Positions 1 through 13,000 of a stretch of DNA of 64,000 nucleotides are shown here, piece by piece. Positions within the stretch are counted from its first letter, which is position 1; every line of letters starts with the position of its first letter. This stretch comes from Gracilinanus agilis (lineage: Eukaryota). Under the pieces are notes generated by a model. The model made no database searches. It had not been told where the DNA came from and was given only the letters and a program-made list of their open reading frames with translations. The stretch is taken from NCBI RefSeq assembly GCF_016433145.1, contig NC_058133.1:249319735-249383734 (forward strand), read 5' to 3'. The position numbers and the translations under genes were made by a program.

Positions 1-429
1 GCTTTAGAAAGCTGTATTATATTAGCTTCCCTCCCCACCTTCAGCATCCATTTGCTTCTAGCAGTCTTGTAGGCAGCTTCTGTTTCTAATTGTCACTGCA
101 AATCCACTTAAAACTAAATATCTCAGGAATTTCCAAACCACACTATTCCCTTTCAACTACTCACTCTATTTCCCAAATGCAAGTAAGACCCCTGCTCCAA
201 TAGGCATAACCTGCCCAATCTTACATAAACACTTTTCCATTCTTTTCTTCTTTCTAATCCCAACTGTAAACCAGTTTGTCTCAGTCACAGAGATCTAGCC
301 AGTGAAATCAGAACCTATAATCAAATATTTAGAGTTAAACGGAGTATTAAAGGTCATTTAGTCCAACATAATCATTTTTTACACAATATACATTGTTCTT
401 TCCACATCATATTGCCTCCCAGTAATTCC

Positions 430-1140
430 AGCAACAGTCATTCAAACAGCCAACAAATATTTATTAAGCATCTTATATCCAGGCACTGGGAATACAGAGG
501 AGGGCAAAAACCAGTTATGTACAAATGATACATACAGGATAAATTAGATTTAATCAACAGAACAAAGGTATTAGCATTAAAGGGTATATAGAAAGACTTC
601 TTATAGAAGGTGAGATTTTAGCTAGGACTTCAAGGAAGCCAGGGAAGACAGAGGATAGAAACGAGCAGAAAGTGAATTCGAGTTATGAAAAATGAACAGA
701 ATAAAGAAATGGAGTGTCCTGTGCAAGGAACAGGGAGGCCAGTGTCACTAGATTGTGCAATATGTGAAGTGGGTGTAAAGTATGAGAAGATGAAGTAGGA
801 AGAGTTAGGGAGGGTTAGGGTTTTAAAGGACTTTTAAAGTCAAAACAAAAGATTTTATATTTGATCCTGGAAATATATATTTGAGAGAGACAGACAGACA
901 GACAGAGACAGAGACAGTGACCCTAGAGTTTATTGCATGGGGGTTTATTACATAAGAGTTTATTACATGGTTAATTTAACAGTTGAGTAGAAAATGGAGT
1001 CTTCAACAAAGGAAGAGGGGCAGGCTGAAGGAGGAAAGGGGAGAAGATAATAAGTTTAGTTTTGCATATATTGAGTTAAAATGTCTAGAGGTCATTCAGT
1101 TTGAGATATTCAATAGGTAGTTGGAGATGTGAGCTACAGA
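430..1140 (-). mobile_element. Old LINE-2 fragment(s)
   Basis: L2-like 3'-end text (caacaaatatttattaagcatc...caggcactggg) followed by purine-rich degenerate L2 body. Boundaries are approximate. Confidence 0.5.
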
Positions 1141-1816
1141 GCCTCAGCTTTCAAAAGTCATGATATAAATATATTCCAAATAATTCACTGCATCTTATAT
1201 AATCTCTATATTAAATCTCATATTCAATATTCCAAACTCCCCATACCCCTGCCCTTAGTAAGTTATTATACTAAACAGTAAAAAGAGAGAAAGGTGTACC
1301 CAGTTCTGCATCCTTCAGTTTCAACATGTATCTGCCCCTTTCTCTGTGTTCTTTGTGTCCCTTTATCTCTCTTACCTTACTTTACCAAATTTGATGCTGG
1401 GGTAGTCATTGCTGGAGAAGTGGACAATTCATATGAGGAATAGCTCCCCTTTTCTACCTTACTCTACTTTGAGGGAATCTTTTGGGTAGCAGCCAGAATG
1501 AGAAAAAAGAAAACCAGACAAGAAACCAACTTGCCTATTATCTCAAGTGCTCTGGCTACCAAATTTGGAAGGTCATGACCAGTTGGTCGCTTCACTGCCT
1601 TCTGCTGTTCCCACCCATCCTTTCCACCAGTTAGCTTCTTCCATGGTACATAGTGCTACTGCCACATAATTCTGCCTTCCCTCTCCCAGAACCAGAGCCC
1701 AAGCATTGATACTTGTTGAGTGCTGAGCCACAGCCAGTCTAAGCTACCAGTTCCCTAATATGCATACATATACATACATGTGTAAAGATAAATGTTACTA
1801 AGGTTTGCTAAGAGCT

Positions 1817-2062
1817 CTTAGCCATTTTTCAGATGTGTCCAATTCTTTCCCATTTGGGGGTTATTTTGGCAAAGGTACCGAAGTGGTTTGCTATTTCCTT
1901 TCTTGGCTCCTTTTACAGATTTGGAAAGTGAGGCAAACAGAGTTAAGTGACTTGCTCAGGGGCACACAACTAGTAAGTATCTGAGACCATATTTGAACCC
2001 AGGAAGTTGAGTCTTCCTGACTCCAGGTGGGACATTCTATCCACTGAGCTACCTAGCTGCCC
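1817..2062 (-). mobile_element. MAR1-type CORE-SINE
   Basis: CORE segment (gaggcaaacagagttaagtgacttgctcaggg) plus RTE-like tail (gaagtggtttgctatttcctt). Confidence 0.65.
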
Positions 2063-2689
2063 TCAAGAGCTCTGATATCTATTATCTTATAAATCATCAT
2101 AACAATCCTGTGAGGTAGGAATTAGTCCCGTTTTAAAGGATCTAGAGAATGTGAGGACAGTGGCCAAAAGCCTTTCTTTCTTTCTACCCCCAGTGTTTAT
2201 TTAGCAGAGTTCCCGCATAAGAAACTCTTCATAAATGCATTGTGACTGAGGTGAGAAAAGGTGATTCTCAGAGGAAGGGAAATGACTTGTCCAAGGTAAT
2301 ATATTTGGTTAAGTGGCAGAACCTCCTAACACTTCCCCCATATGTATTTCTTCTATTCCTCAGTTCAAGCACCTACTCTCTTCCTCTCGAACCCTCCCCA
2401 TGAGTCGTCCTACACATCTACACCAGCATCAATCACCTCCAAGAGCCATTTATGATATACTCCAAAAATGGGGAGAAAGGGGTTAAAAAATCTGGAAGAG
2501 AACACTGTGACAATCAGTTAAAGAAAACTGGTTTGACAAATCAACCCAGGGAACCCCTACCTGGGTTTTAAAGTGAACACATCACGTTTTCTGAGGTTCA
2601 CCCCATATTCCTCTCCGCACACGGGGGTGAGAAGAGAGGGAGACATCCCAGGGAACAATGGTCCGGGAGACCTGACTGAGAAAAATACA

Positions 2690-3200
2690 AGTTCCATTCT
2701 CATTGGCTGGTTACATAATTAGCGCCTTTATTCCCTATTGGCTGTTTAGTCCCGTAGGAAAATGTCCTCTTGGCCAGCAACGTCCTCACAAGTAGTGAGC
2801 ACTTTGGAAATGAAGAGACTTGTTCTTTGTCTTTGTAAGAAAGAAGAGGCTACAGCTCTGTCTGTCCTCATTGGCTCCCATGTTGGGCCTCCGTCTCCCA
2901 TTGGTTGCCACTTCAGGGAAACGTCATTTTCATTGGTGGGAGCCTAAGACGACTCTGCCTTCAACTACTCAAAAGAATGCCAATCTCCAACTAGCTGTCC
3001 CGGGATTTAGGGGTCCACCATAGATCTACGTAAGTGCGGGAGACTGCTGCGAGCCCTTGGAAAGTGCGGGCGTTGTCTGTAAATTCCCGGCCTCTTGTAG
3101 TAACTGCTTCTGCTGACGCAGGTTTTTCCGTCGGGTGTGCTCACCTGTCACCTCACTCGCCAATTGAGCAGCATACGCCCCATGGATACTCTTCAGCCAG
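2690..3200. promoter_or_regulatory. Orphan CCAAT-rich, CpG-enriched promoter-like region
   Basis: ATTGG at 2702, 2737, 2870, 2900 and 2932; CCAAT at 2980 and 3160; locally elevated CpG. Candidate donors on both strands. Confidence 0.55.
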
Positions 3201-3293
3201 GCTGGAAAAAAATGGGGTTTTCAGTGGTTCCTAGAGTTTTCTAGCACAAAGGATTACTTAACCTGGGGTCCAAGGATTCGTTTAAAAAGTGAT

Positions 3294-3477
3294 TTTTTTT
3301 TAATCCTTACCTTCTGTCTTAGAAGCAATACTATGCATTGGTTCTAAACCAGAAGAGCAGTGAGGAAGTGTCTTGTCCAGGATCCCACATCCAGGAAGTG
3401 CCTGAGGTAAATTGTGAACCCAGGACCTCCTGTCAGTAGGCCTGGCTTTCAATCCACTGAACCATCTAGCTATCCCC
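3294..3477 (-). mobile_element. Opossum-type tRNA/CORE SINE, diverged
   Basis: Reverse complement of the SINE consensus seen elsewhere in the window, with a T-tail at 3294-3301. Confidence 0.7.
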
Positions 3478-4020
3478 TTGATAAATACAGTTCCATAGAA
3501 TTCGTTTCCTTTGTGGTCCAATGTATTATTTTTATGCATTTAAAAACATTCCGAAAAGGGGTCCATAGGTTTCATCAAGCTACCAAAAGGATTTAAGAGC
3601 AAAAAAAAAAAAAAAGGTAAAGAATCCCTGTTCCTGGGGGGTGTTGGGGCCAGTGGAGAGCACCAGGAGAGTGACTTGAGTAGCAGCTTCTCCTGCTTGA
3701 GTTGCTTTTCCCACCTCCACCCTGACCTTTGAAATCCTACTCTAGGTTAAACCAAATATCATCTACATTTAAGTTAATCACCTCCTTAATTCACCTCCTG
3801 CCAGTTTGTAATAGCTTCTATTTCTTCTCATGGATTATTCTTCCTGATCTTTCTTAAGTACAAATGCAATGTTTTGTATCATAATATAGCTAACAAAATT
3901 TCTATGCCAGATTCCCTGTGTAGATTCTTATCCATGTCCTCTAAGGCTTAGCACAGAAATCAGTATACAGCATACAATAAATGTTTGATTAATTGAATTG
4001 AATCAGTAGAAAGGCTTGTA

Positions 4021-7000
4021 TCAAGCTTGATAAAGAAAGGTGGGGAGGGTAAGTGAGAAAATGTTAGGGGATACTAATGGAGAAGTCTGGTTTCCCTTAC
4101 CCTCTGGACCTTTGTGCATCTTGTTGACAAGGTCCCCAGGCTCCAGGCTGAGATCCTTTGTCTTGGCAATTACATGAGAATCTGCACTCAGGGCTTGGGT
4201 GCAATCTGGAGAGCATGAGGAAGATGCAAGACCAGACTAAAACCCAGGTCCCCAGAAAATGCCCCTGACTGATCCCTCCCCCCTTTCACCCTCAGACTCC
4301 ATTTTCTTATGATATTCCTTCTCCCACCCCATCTCTATTAAGCATGTTCTCACCCCACTCCTCATAGATGGTGTCTGGAGAGCAAGGAGGGGGTCCGGGA
4401 ATGGGGAAGGCCCCTAGCCAGCGCTGCATGTCAGACCTTGGGTAGGGAGTAGATAGAACATGGAGAAGTCACAGCTGGTCCCCTAGATTCCTAGGGGCAT
4501 CCAGAGGGAGGTGGAAGAGGGATTAGATAGAGGGGGTTGGTCTGGAGGAAGAGATCAGAGGAATGATCATCTTACAATTCATATATATATTACATATACA
4601 ATTCACACACAGACACTTCAATCATAGGGTCAGATAATATATGCTGAATAGCCAGTCTAGGATGTTATAACTTACAGAGAAGAGGTTTGGAGTAATCGAT
4701 GGGTAGGGCAGCCCTGGTGGTTGCTGAGTAGTGAGAGACGAAAAGTTGGAGGACCAGAAGGGTCTGGAACTGGCTGTGCTTGGACTAGGGAACGATGGGC
4801 ATAATCCAAAACATGTAGCCTTTGCCCACTACCCAGAAGAGAGATTATCAGGAGAAATGCCTTATTTCCTCCCCTCACACATGCTCCCCCAACCATCACC
4901 CAGAAGGCCTGCCCACCTCTTAGGCTGAGTGATGAGCAGTAGGTCGCTAAAGAGCAGAAGACAGAGGGGAGTAAGTCGGGGGCGGGAATTGAAGAGGGAC
5001 CTGCCCTTCCTGCTCCCCAACTCCATCAGCTCTCCTTGCAGTTCTAGACGCCGGGACCAGGAGACCAGAGGTAGAGCCTGGGTGGGGTTTGGGAAACAGA
5101 AAGAAAGGATTCACAGCTCTACCATTCTGTATTCCCTGTATACACTCCCCTACCCACCCCCCATTCCCCCCAAAAAAAAACAGGGCTTGGGCAATATTAT
5201 AAATGGGAACTTGAATTATTCAAACATACAAGGAACTAAATCAATTGTATAAAAAAATCAAGCCATTCCCCAATTGATAAATGGGCAAGGGACATGAATA
5301 GAGAATTTTCAGATAAAGAAATCAAAACTATCAATAAGCACATGAGAAAGTGTTCTAAATCTCTAAGAGTTAGAGAAATGCAAATCAAAACAACTCTGAG
5401 GTATCACCTCACACCTAGCAGATTGGCTAAAATGATAGCAGGGGAGAGCAATGAATGTTGGAGGAAATGTGGCAAAATTGGGACACTAATGCATTGCTGG
5501 TGGAGTTGTGAACTGATCCAACCATTCTGGATGGCAATTTGGAACTATGCCCAAAGAGCTCTAAAAAAACTGCCTGCCCTTTGATCCAGCCATACCATTG
5601 CTGGGTTTGTACCCCAAAGAGATCATAGATAAACAGACTTGTACAAAAATATTTATAGCCGCGCTTTTTGTGATGGCAAAAAACTGGAAAATGAGGGTAT
5701 GCCCTTCAATTGGGGAATGGCTGAACAAATTGTGGTATTTGCTGGTGATGGAATACTACTGTGCTCAAAGGAATAATAAACTGGAGGAATTCCATGTGAA
5801 CTGGAAAGACCTCCAGGAATTGATGCAGTGTGAAAGGAGCAGAGCCAGAAGAACATTATACACAGAGACTGATACACTGTGGTAAAATAGAATGTAATGG
5901 GACTTCTATACTGGCAGCAATGCAATGACCCAGGACAATTCTGAGGGATTTATGAAAAAGAATGCTACCCACATTCACAGGAAAAACTATAGGAGTGGAA
6001 ACATAGAAGAAAAACAACTGCTTGAACACATGGGTTGATGATTGGGGATGTAGATTCAAAACAACCACACCAATGCAACTATCAATAATATGGAAATAGG
6101 TCTTGATCAATGACATGTTAAAGCTAGTGAAAATGCGTGTCGGCTTTGGGGGGGGGTGAAGAGGGGGTGAAGGGGAAAGTAAGAACATGAATCATGTAAC
6201 CATAGAAATTTTTTCTAAAAAATAAAAATTAATCCTGAGAGGGAAGAGTAGCTATATCCATTGGGATATAGAATTCTATCTAACCCTACTGAGAAAGTCA
6301 GAAAGGATAAACCAAGGGGAGCAGTGGAGTGGGGAGGTCAAAAAAGGGAGGGGAGAAGAAGGGGGAGGGAATTCATTAGGCCTTAAAAATAAAAAAGAGG
6401 GGAATAACAAGGGAGGGAGTAGAAAGGGAAGTAAATCAAGGGAGGGGACAAGGGGGACTGGTCTAAAACAAACCACTAGTTTAAAAGGTAATAGTGTAAG
6501 AAGAAGGGGTAGAACTAGGAGAGAATACCAAAATGTTGGGGAATACATAACTGATAATTATAACTCTGAATGTGAAAGGGATGAACTCGCCCATAAAATG
6601 GAAGCAAATAGCAGAGTGGATTAGAAACCAAAATCCTACCATATGTTGCCTACAAGAAACACATATGAGACTGGTGGACACACAGGCTTAAGGTAAAAGG
6701 CTTGAGCAAAATCTTTTGGTCTTCAAATGAGAAAAAGAAGGCAGGAGTGGCGATCATGATTTCTGACAAAGCCAAAGTAAAAATAATTATGATTAAAAAA
6801 GACAGGGAAGGTCATTACATCCTGATTAAAGGCAGAATAGACAATGAGGAAATAACATTGCTCAATATGTATGCACCAAATGGCATAGCAATCAGATTCG
6901 TAAATGAGAAACTGGCAGATCTCAAGAAGGAAATAGATAGTAAAACCATACTAGTGGGAGATCTAAATATTCCTCTTTCAGGTCTAGATAAATCAAACCA

Positions 7001-10000
7001 AAAAATAAATAAGAAAGAGGTAAGAGAGGTGAATGAAATCCTAGAAAAATTAGATTTAATAGATATATGGAGAAAAATAGAGACAAGAAAGAATACACCT
7101 TCTTTTCAGCTGCACATGGTACATTCACAAAGATTGACCATGCAATAGGGCATAGAAACATTGCAAAGAAATGCAAAAAAGCAGAAATAATAAATGTAAC
7201 CTCAGATCATAATGCGATAAAAATAATAATTAGTACGGGCACCTGGACAGGTAAATCAAAAACTAATTGGAAATTAAATATGATTATCCAAAACCAGTTA
7301 GTCAAAGAAGAAATCATAAAAACAATCAACAATTTCATTGGAGAGAATGACAATGATGAGACATCCTATCAAACTCTGTGGGATGCAGCTAAGGCAGTAC
7401 TCGGGGAAATTTATATCCTTGAGTGCATATATTAACAAATTAGGGAGGGCAGAGATTAATGAATTGGGCATGCAACTTAAAAAACTTGAAAGCAAGCAAA
7501 TTAAAAATCCCCAGATGAAAACTAAATTAGAAATACTAAAAATCAAGGGAGAAATTAATAAAATCGAAAGTAAAAGAACGATTGAATTAATAAATAAGAC
7601 TAGAAGCTGGTATTTTGAGAAAACAGATAAAATAGATAAAGTACTGGTCAATCTAATAAAAAAAAAAGGAAAGAAGAAAACCAAATTGACAGTATCAAAG
7701 ATGAAAAGGGAGACCTCACCTCCAATGAAGAGGAAATTAAGGCAATCATTAAAAACTATTTTGCCCAAATTATATGGCAATAAATATAGCAATCTAGGTG
7801 ATATGGATGAATATTTACAAAAATATAAATTGCCTAGATTAACAGCAAAAGAAATATAATACCTAAATAATCCCATATCAGAAAAAGAAATTGAATAAGC
7901 CATCAAAAAACTCCCTAAGAAAAAATCGCCAGGGCCTGATGGAATCACAAGTGAATTCTATCAAACATTCAAAGAACAACTAATCCCGATACTATAAAAA
8001 AATATTTGATATAATAAGCAAAAAAGGAGTCCTACTAAACTCCTTTTATGACACAAATATAGAACTGATTCCAAGCCAGGTAGATCAAAAACAGAGAAAG
8101 AAAACTACAGACCAATTTCCCTAATGAATATAGATGCAAAAATCTTAAATAGAATACTAGCAAAGAGACTCCAGCAAGTGATCAAGAGGATTATCCACCA
8201 TGATCAAGTAGGATTTATAGCAGGTATGCAAGGATGGTTCAATGTTAGGAAAACCATCCACATGATTGACCATATCAACAGTCTAACAAACAAAAATCAC
8301 ATGATTATCTCAATAGATGCTGAAAAAGCCTTTGACAAAATACAACATCCATTCCTATTAAAAACACTGGAAAGGAATAGAAGGCCCTTTCCTAAAAATG
8401 ATAAACAGTATATATCTAAAACCCTCAACAAGCATCATATGCAATGGTGATAAATTAGAAGGCTTCCCAATAAGATCAGGAGTGAAACAAGGATGCCCAT
8501 TATCACCTCTATTATTTAACACTGTACTTGAAACACTAGCAGTAGCAATTAGAGAAGAAAAAGAAATTGAAGGTATCAAAATAGGCAATGAGGAGACTAA
8601 GCTATCACTCTTTGCAGATGATATGATGGTCTACTTAAAAAATCCTAGAGAATCAACTAAGAAGCTGGTAGAAATAATCAACAAATTTAGCAAAGTTGCA
8701 GGATACAAAATAAATGCACATGAATCATCAGCATTTCTATATATTTCCAACACATCACAACAGCAAGAGGTAGAAAGAGAAACACCATTTAAAATCACAC
8801 TAGACAATATAAAATACTTAGGAATCTATCTACCAAAACAAACACAGGAATTATACGAAAACAACTACAAAACACTTTCCAAACAATTAAAACTAGATCT
8901 AAACAATTGGAAAAACATTGATTGCTCATAGGTAGGACGAGCTAACATAATAAAAATGACCATTCTACCCAAATTAATTTACCTATCAAACTACCAAAAA
9001 ACTTTTTTACTGAATTAGAAAAAACTATAACAAAGTTCATTTGGAATAACAAAAGATCAAGAATATCAAAGGAAATAATGAAAAAAAATGTGAAGGAAGG
9101 TGGCCTAGCAGTACCAGATATGAGACTATACTATAAAGCAGCGGTCATCAAAATGGTATGGTACTAGCTAAGAGACAGAAGGAAGGATCAGTAGAATAGA
9201 CTTGGGGTAAGTGACATCAGCAAGACAGTGTATGATAAACCCAAAGAGCCCAACTTTTGGGACAAAAATCCACTATTTGACCAAAACTGCTGGGAAATTT
9301 GGAAAACAATATGGGAGAGATTAGGTTTAGATCAACATCTCACACCCTACACCAAGATAAATTCAGAATGGGTGAATGACTTGAATATAAAGAGGGAAAC
9401 TATAAAAAAATTAAGTGAACACAGAATAGTATACCTGTCAGATCTATGGGAAAGGAAAGATTTTAAAACCATGCAAGAGTTAGAGAAAATTACAAAATGT
9501 AAAATAAATAATTTTGATTATATTAAATTAAAAAGCTTTTGTACAAACAAAAACAAGGCAACCAAAATCAGAAGGGAAATGACAAATTGGGAAAAAAATC
9601 TTTATAACAAAAAACTCTGACAGGGGTTTAATTACTCAAATATACAAGGAGTTAAAGCAATTGTATAAAAAATCAAGCCATTCCCCAATTGATAAATGGG
9701 CAAGGGACATGAATAGGCAATTTTCACATAAAGAAATCAAAACTATCAATAAGCACATGAGAAAGTACTCTAAATCTCTAATAATTAGAGAAATGCAAAT
9801 CAAAACAACTCTGAGGTATCACTTCACACCTAGTAGATTGGCTAAAATGAGAGAAGGGGAGAGCAATGAATGTTGGAGGGGATGTGGCAAAATTGGGACA
9901 TTAATGCATTGCTGGTGGAGTTGTGAACTGATTCAACCATTCTGGATGGCAATTTGAAATTATGCTCAAAGGGCTATAAAAGAATGCCTGCCCTTTGATC

Positions 10001-13000
10001 CAGCCATACCATTGTTGGGGTTGTACCCCAAAGAGATCATCGATAAACAGACTTGTACAAAAATATTTATAGCCGAGCTTTTTGTGGTAGCAAAAAACTG
10101 GAAAATGAGGGTATGCCCTTCAATTGGGGAATGGCTGAACAAATTGTGGTATATGCTGATGATGGAATACTACTATGCTCAAAGGAATAATAAACTGGAG
10201 GAATTCCATGTGAACTGGAAAGACCTCCAGGAATTGATGCAGAGCAAGAGGAGCAGAGCCCGAAGAACACTGTACACAGAGACCAATACACTGAGGTAAA
10301 ATAGAATGTAATGGACTTCTGTACTAGCAGCAATGCAATGACCCAGGACAGTTCTGAGGGACTCATGGAAAAAAATGCTACCCACATTCAGAGGAAGAAC
10401 TGCAGGAGTGGAAACAGAAGAAAAACAACTGCTTGAACACATGGGTTGAGGCAGACATGATTGGGGATGTAGACTCAAAACTACCACACCAATGCAACTA
10501 TCAACAATTTGGAAATAGGTCTTGATCAATGACACATGTTAAAACCAGTGGAAATGCGCATCGGCTGGGGTGGGGGGAAAGTCGGGGGTGGTGGTGGTGA
10601 AGGGGAAAGTAAGAGAATGAATCATGTAACCATGTTAACTTTTCTAAAAAATAAAAATTAATAATACCTTTAAAAAATAAAAATAAATGGGAACGGGGCA
10701 GCTGGGTAGCTCAGTGGAGTGAGAGCCAGGCCTAGAGACGGAGATCCTAGGTTCAAATCCAGACTCAGCCACTTCCCAGCTGTGTGACCCTGGGCAAGTC
10801 ACTTGACCCCCATTGCCCACCCTTACCAATCTTTCACCTATGAGACAATACACTGAAGTACAAGGGTTTAAAAAAAATAAAAATAAAAAATAAAAATAAA
10901 TAAATGGGAACCTGGAGAGCTTGAAGTCAGTAAGCAGGGGAGCGGAGTAGGGGATATGAGTGAGAACCAGTTGGGGATTTGGGTGCCAGGTGTGCAGGTG
11001 GAAAATTTGCCACACCTGAGCTACATTCCCAGCATCCTTTTAAGTTACGTCCTCCTTTAACGTATAGAGGCTTGGGAGATAAATTTGGTTGAGACCCACA
11101 CTGGGGGGCTCTTTTTGGGCTTTGCTTTGATGAAGTCTGGTTCTCTTTGCTTTGCTCACTTGACTGAAAGAGTCCTTTTCTTTTCCCTCCCTTTTTGATT
11201 ATTATTAAAATCCTATATATTTTTAAATACTAGGAGTATTTATTCATTTTTACTCCTACACAGGGATCCAAAGTCACTGACCTTGACTTTGTGGAAACGA
11301 AGCCTCTGGCTGAGCCGGATCAGCTCCTCTGTCTGCTTCATTCGCCCAACTTCAGCACTGCATCGCTCAATAATCTGGGGGGAGAAAGACCTGTGTCACC
11401 CTATCTCCTCCTCCCACCTCTTCCCAACACACACACACACACACACACCTTGCTGATGGCCCCCAGTGCTCTCTGGGCATTCTCCCGACGACTAGAGCCC
11501 TCTTCAGTCTGGCGAAAGATATTCTGTGAACAGAGAAGGAAGAGTGACCCCAGAGTTCTAAGATCATTTAGAACTGGAAGGGAGCTGAAAGGTCATTGAC
11601 TCCTTCCAAGTTTTACAAATGAGAAAACTCTTGTCTAAAGTTGAAATTCTTTGCCCATGTTTATACCAGTAGCAGATCTGGAATTTGAACACTGAACCAC
11701 TGTTTAGTTCATAACTGATGGATTTAGAAGCATAAAAGGTAGGGTTAGAGGTGGCAGCATTCGTGGATTTCTAAGGAACAATCAATCAGAAATTTCTAGC
11801 TCCACCTTGGGTGATATAGTTTGGAAGATTTAAAGACAGGATACCCTTGTTTGAGGACTATAGAGTTTGGCCCAACTGCAGAATGAAAGTCAATGGGTCC
11901 CTGGATTGGGGAGTCCACATTAAGAGGTTCCTTGGGTTGGAGCAAGCCCTGAAGAAGGTTGACTTCCACTCCAGAGCAGGTAGTCCCTGCTAGTTCAAGA
12001 AATATCAGGTTTGGGACCCTAGACCCTGCACCTGCAGCAGCATTCGAAGTCGGGTGATGCGCTGAAAGGGAAGCAGCAGGAAGGAAGGCAGTGGGAGCTT
12101 CTGGCACTGGGGCAGGCTCTGCAGCCGATGCAGTTCTGCTGAGAAACGCATGTTTGTCTCCCTATGGAAGGAAGATACAGGATCTAGCTGAGCCCCAGGT
12201 GCCTTCTCCAAGATCTGACTGATTGTATTCCCATTCCCTGTAGGAATTCCAACCCTCAAATCCTCCCCTAACTTTTTCCTTCCAATCCCCAGATATCAGC
12301 AGTCAACGCAGTCCTCTCACATCAAGCGTCTGTATGTCTCCTCCTGATATTGCTGATTCCTCACATAATCCACATACACTGAGAAGGGGCCCTCAGCATG
12401 GGCATGCACCACATCACACAAGTCACTGATGTGAGGAGAGCTCCTTACTCGGGATAGTAGCACTCCCAGAAACCTATGGAAGTGGGAAAATCCAGGAGTT
12501 AGAGGACCAGGGTATCTGGGTCCATGAGAAGAGCTGGGAAAGGGGGAAAATACCCTACAGCTTGAATTGGGGGGTCTACAGAGAACCTTGAATGGAGGAA
12601 ATGGGAATTAGAGTGGGATGGTTTAAAACCAAGAATCTTAAGAGAAGCAGGGACAGGGGGGAAAGAAACCTGAGTTACTGAAACAGAGGGAAGGCAGACT
12701 GACCGCTCACTGACACCCTGCACACGATGCACATTAGAGAACAGAGTATGGTGGTCTCGTGGTGTCAATGTATCTCGGAGTGAAGCACTTAGCACAAAGG
12801 TGTCCATCAGTAGTTGAAGTGAACGGAGGTAGGAGGCTTCTGATGTCACCACCTCAAATAAACTCTGGGAAAGAGTCAAGAGATATGGAGGCCTTAGAGA
12901 TCCCTTTCAACTTAAGATCTATGAGAATCCAAGTTTCTTACCCCTAGCTTGTCTCCCAGCCCCAAACTGCCACTCCCAAGACCCAGACCTCCAACCACCC

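Noticed and set aside
1370-1740. Possible minus-strand exon(s) of a downstream gene such as ODF4 (donor at ~1375)
   Set aside because: All frames have stops and I recognised no ODF4, KRBA2 or RNF222 similarity.
6702-10299. Long ORFs with EN and RT motifs as a host gene or active L1
   Set aside because: The L1 ORF2 is broken by multiple frameshifts and stops, and lacks its 5' UTR and most of ORF1.
10695-10770. tRNA-like A-box/B-box sequences at SINE heads (many copies)
   Set aside because: They are SINE promoters; there is no cloverleaf or tRNA 3' end.
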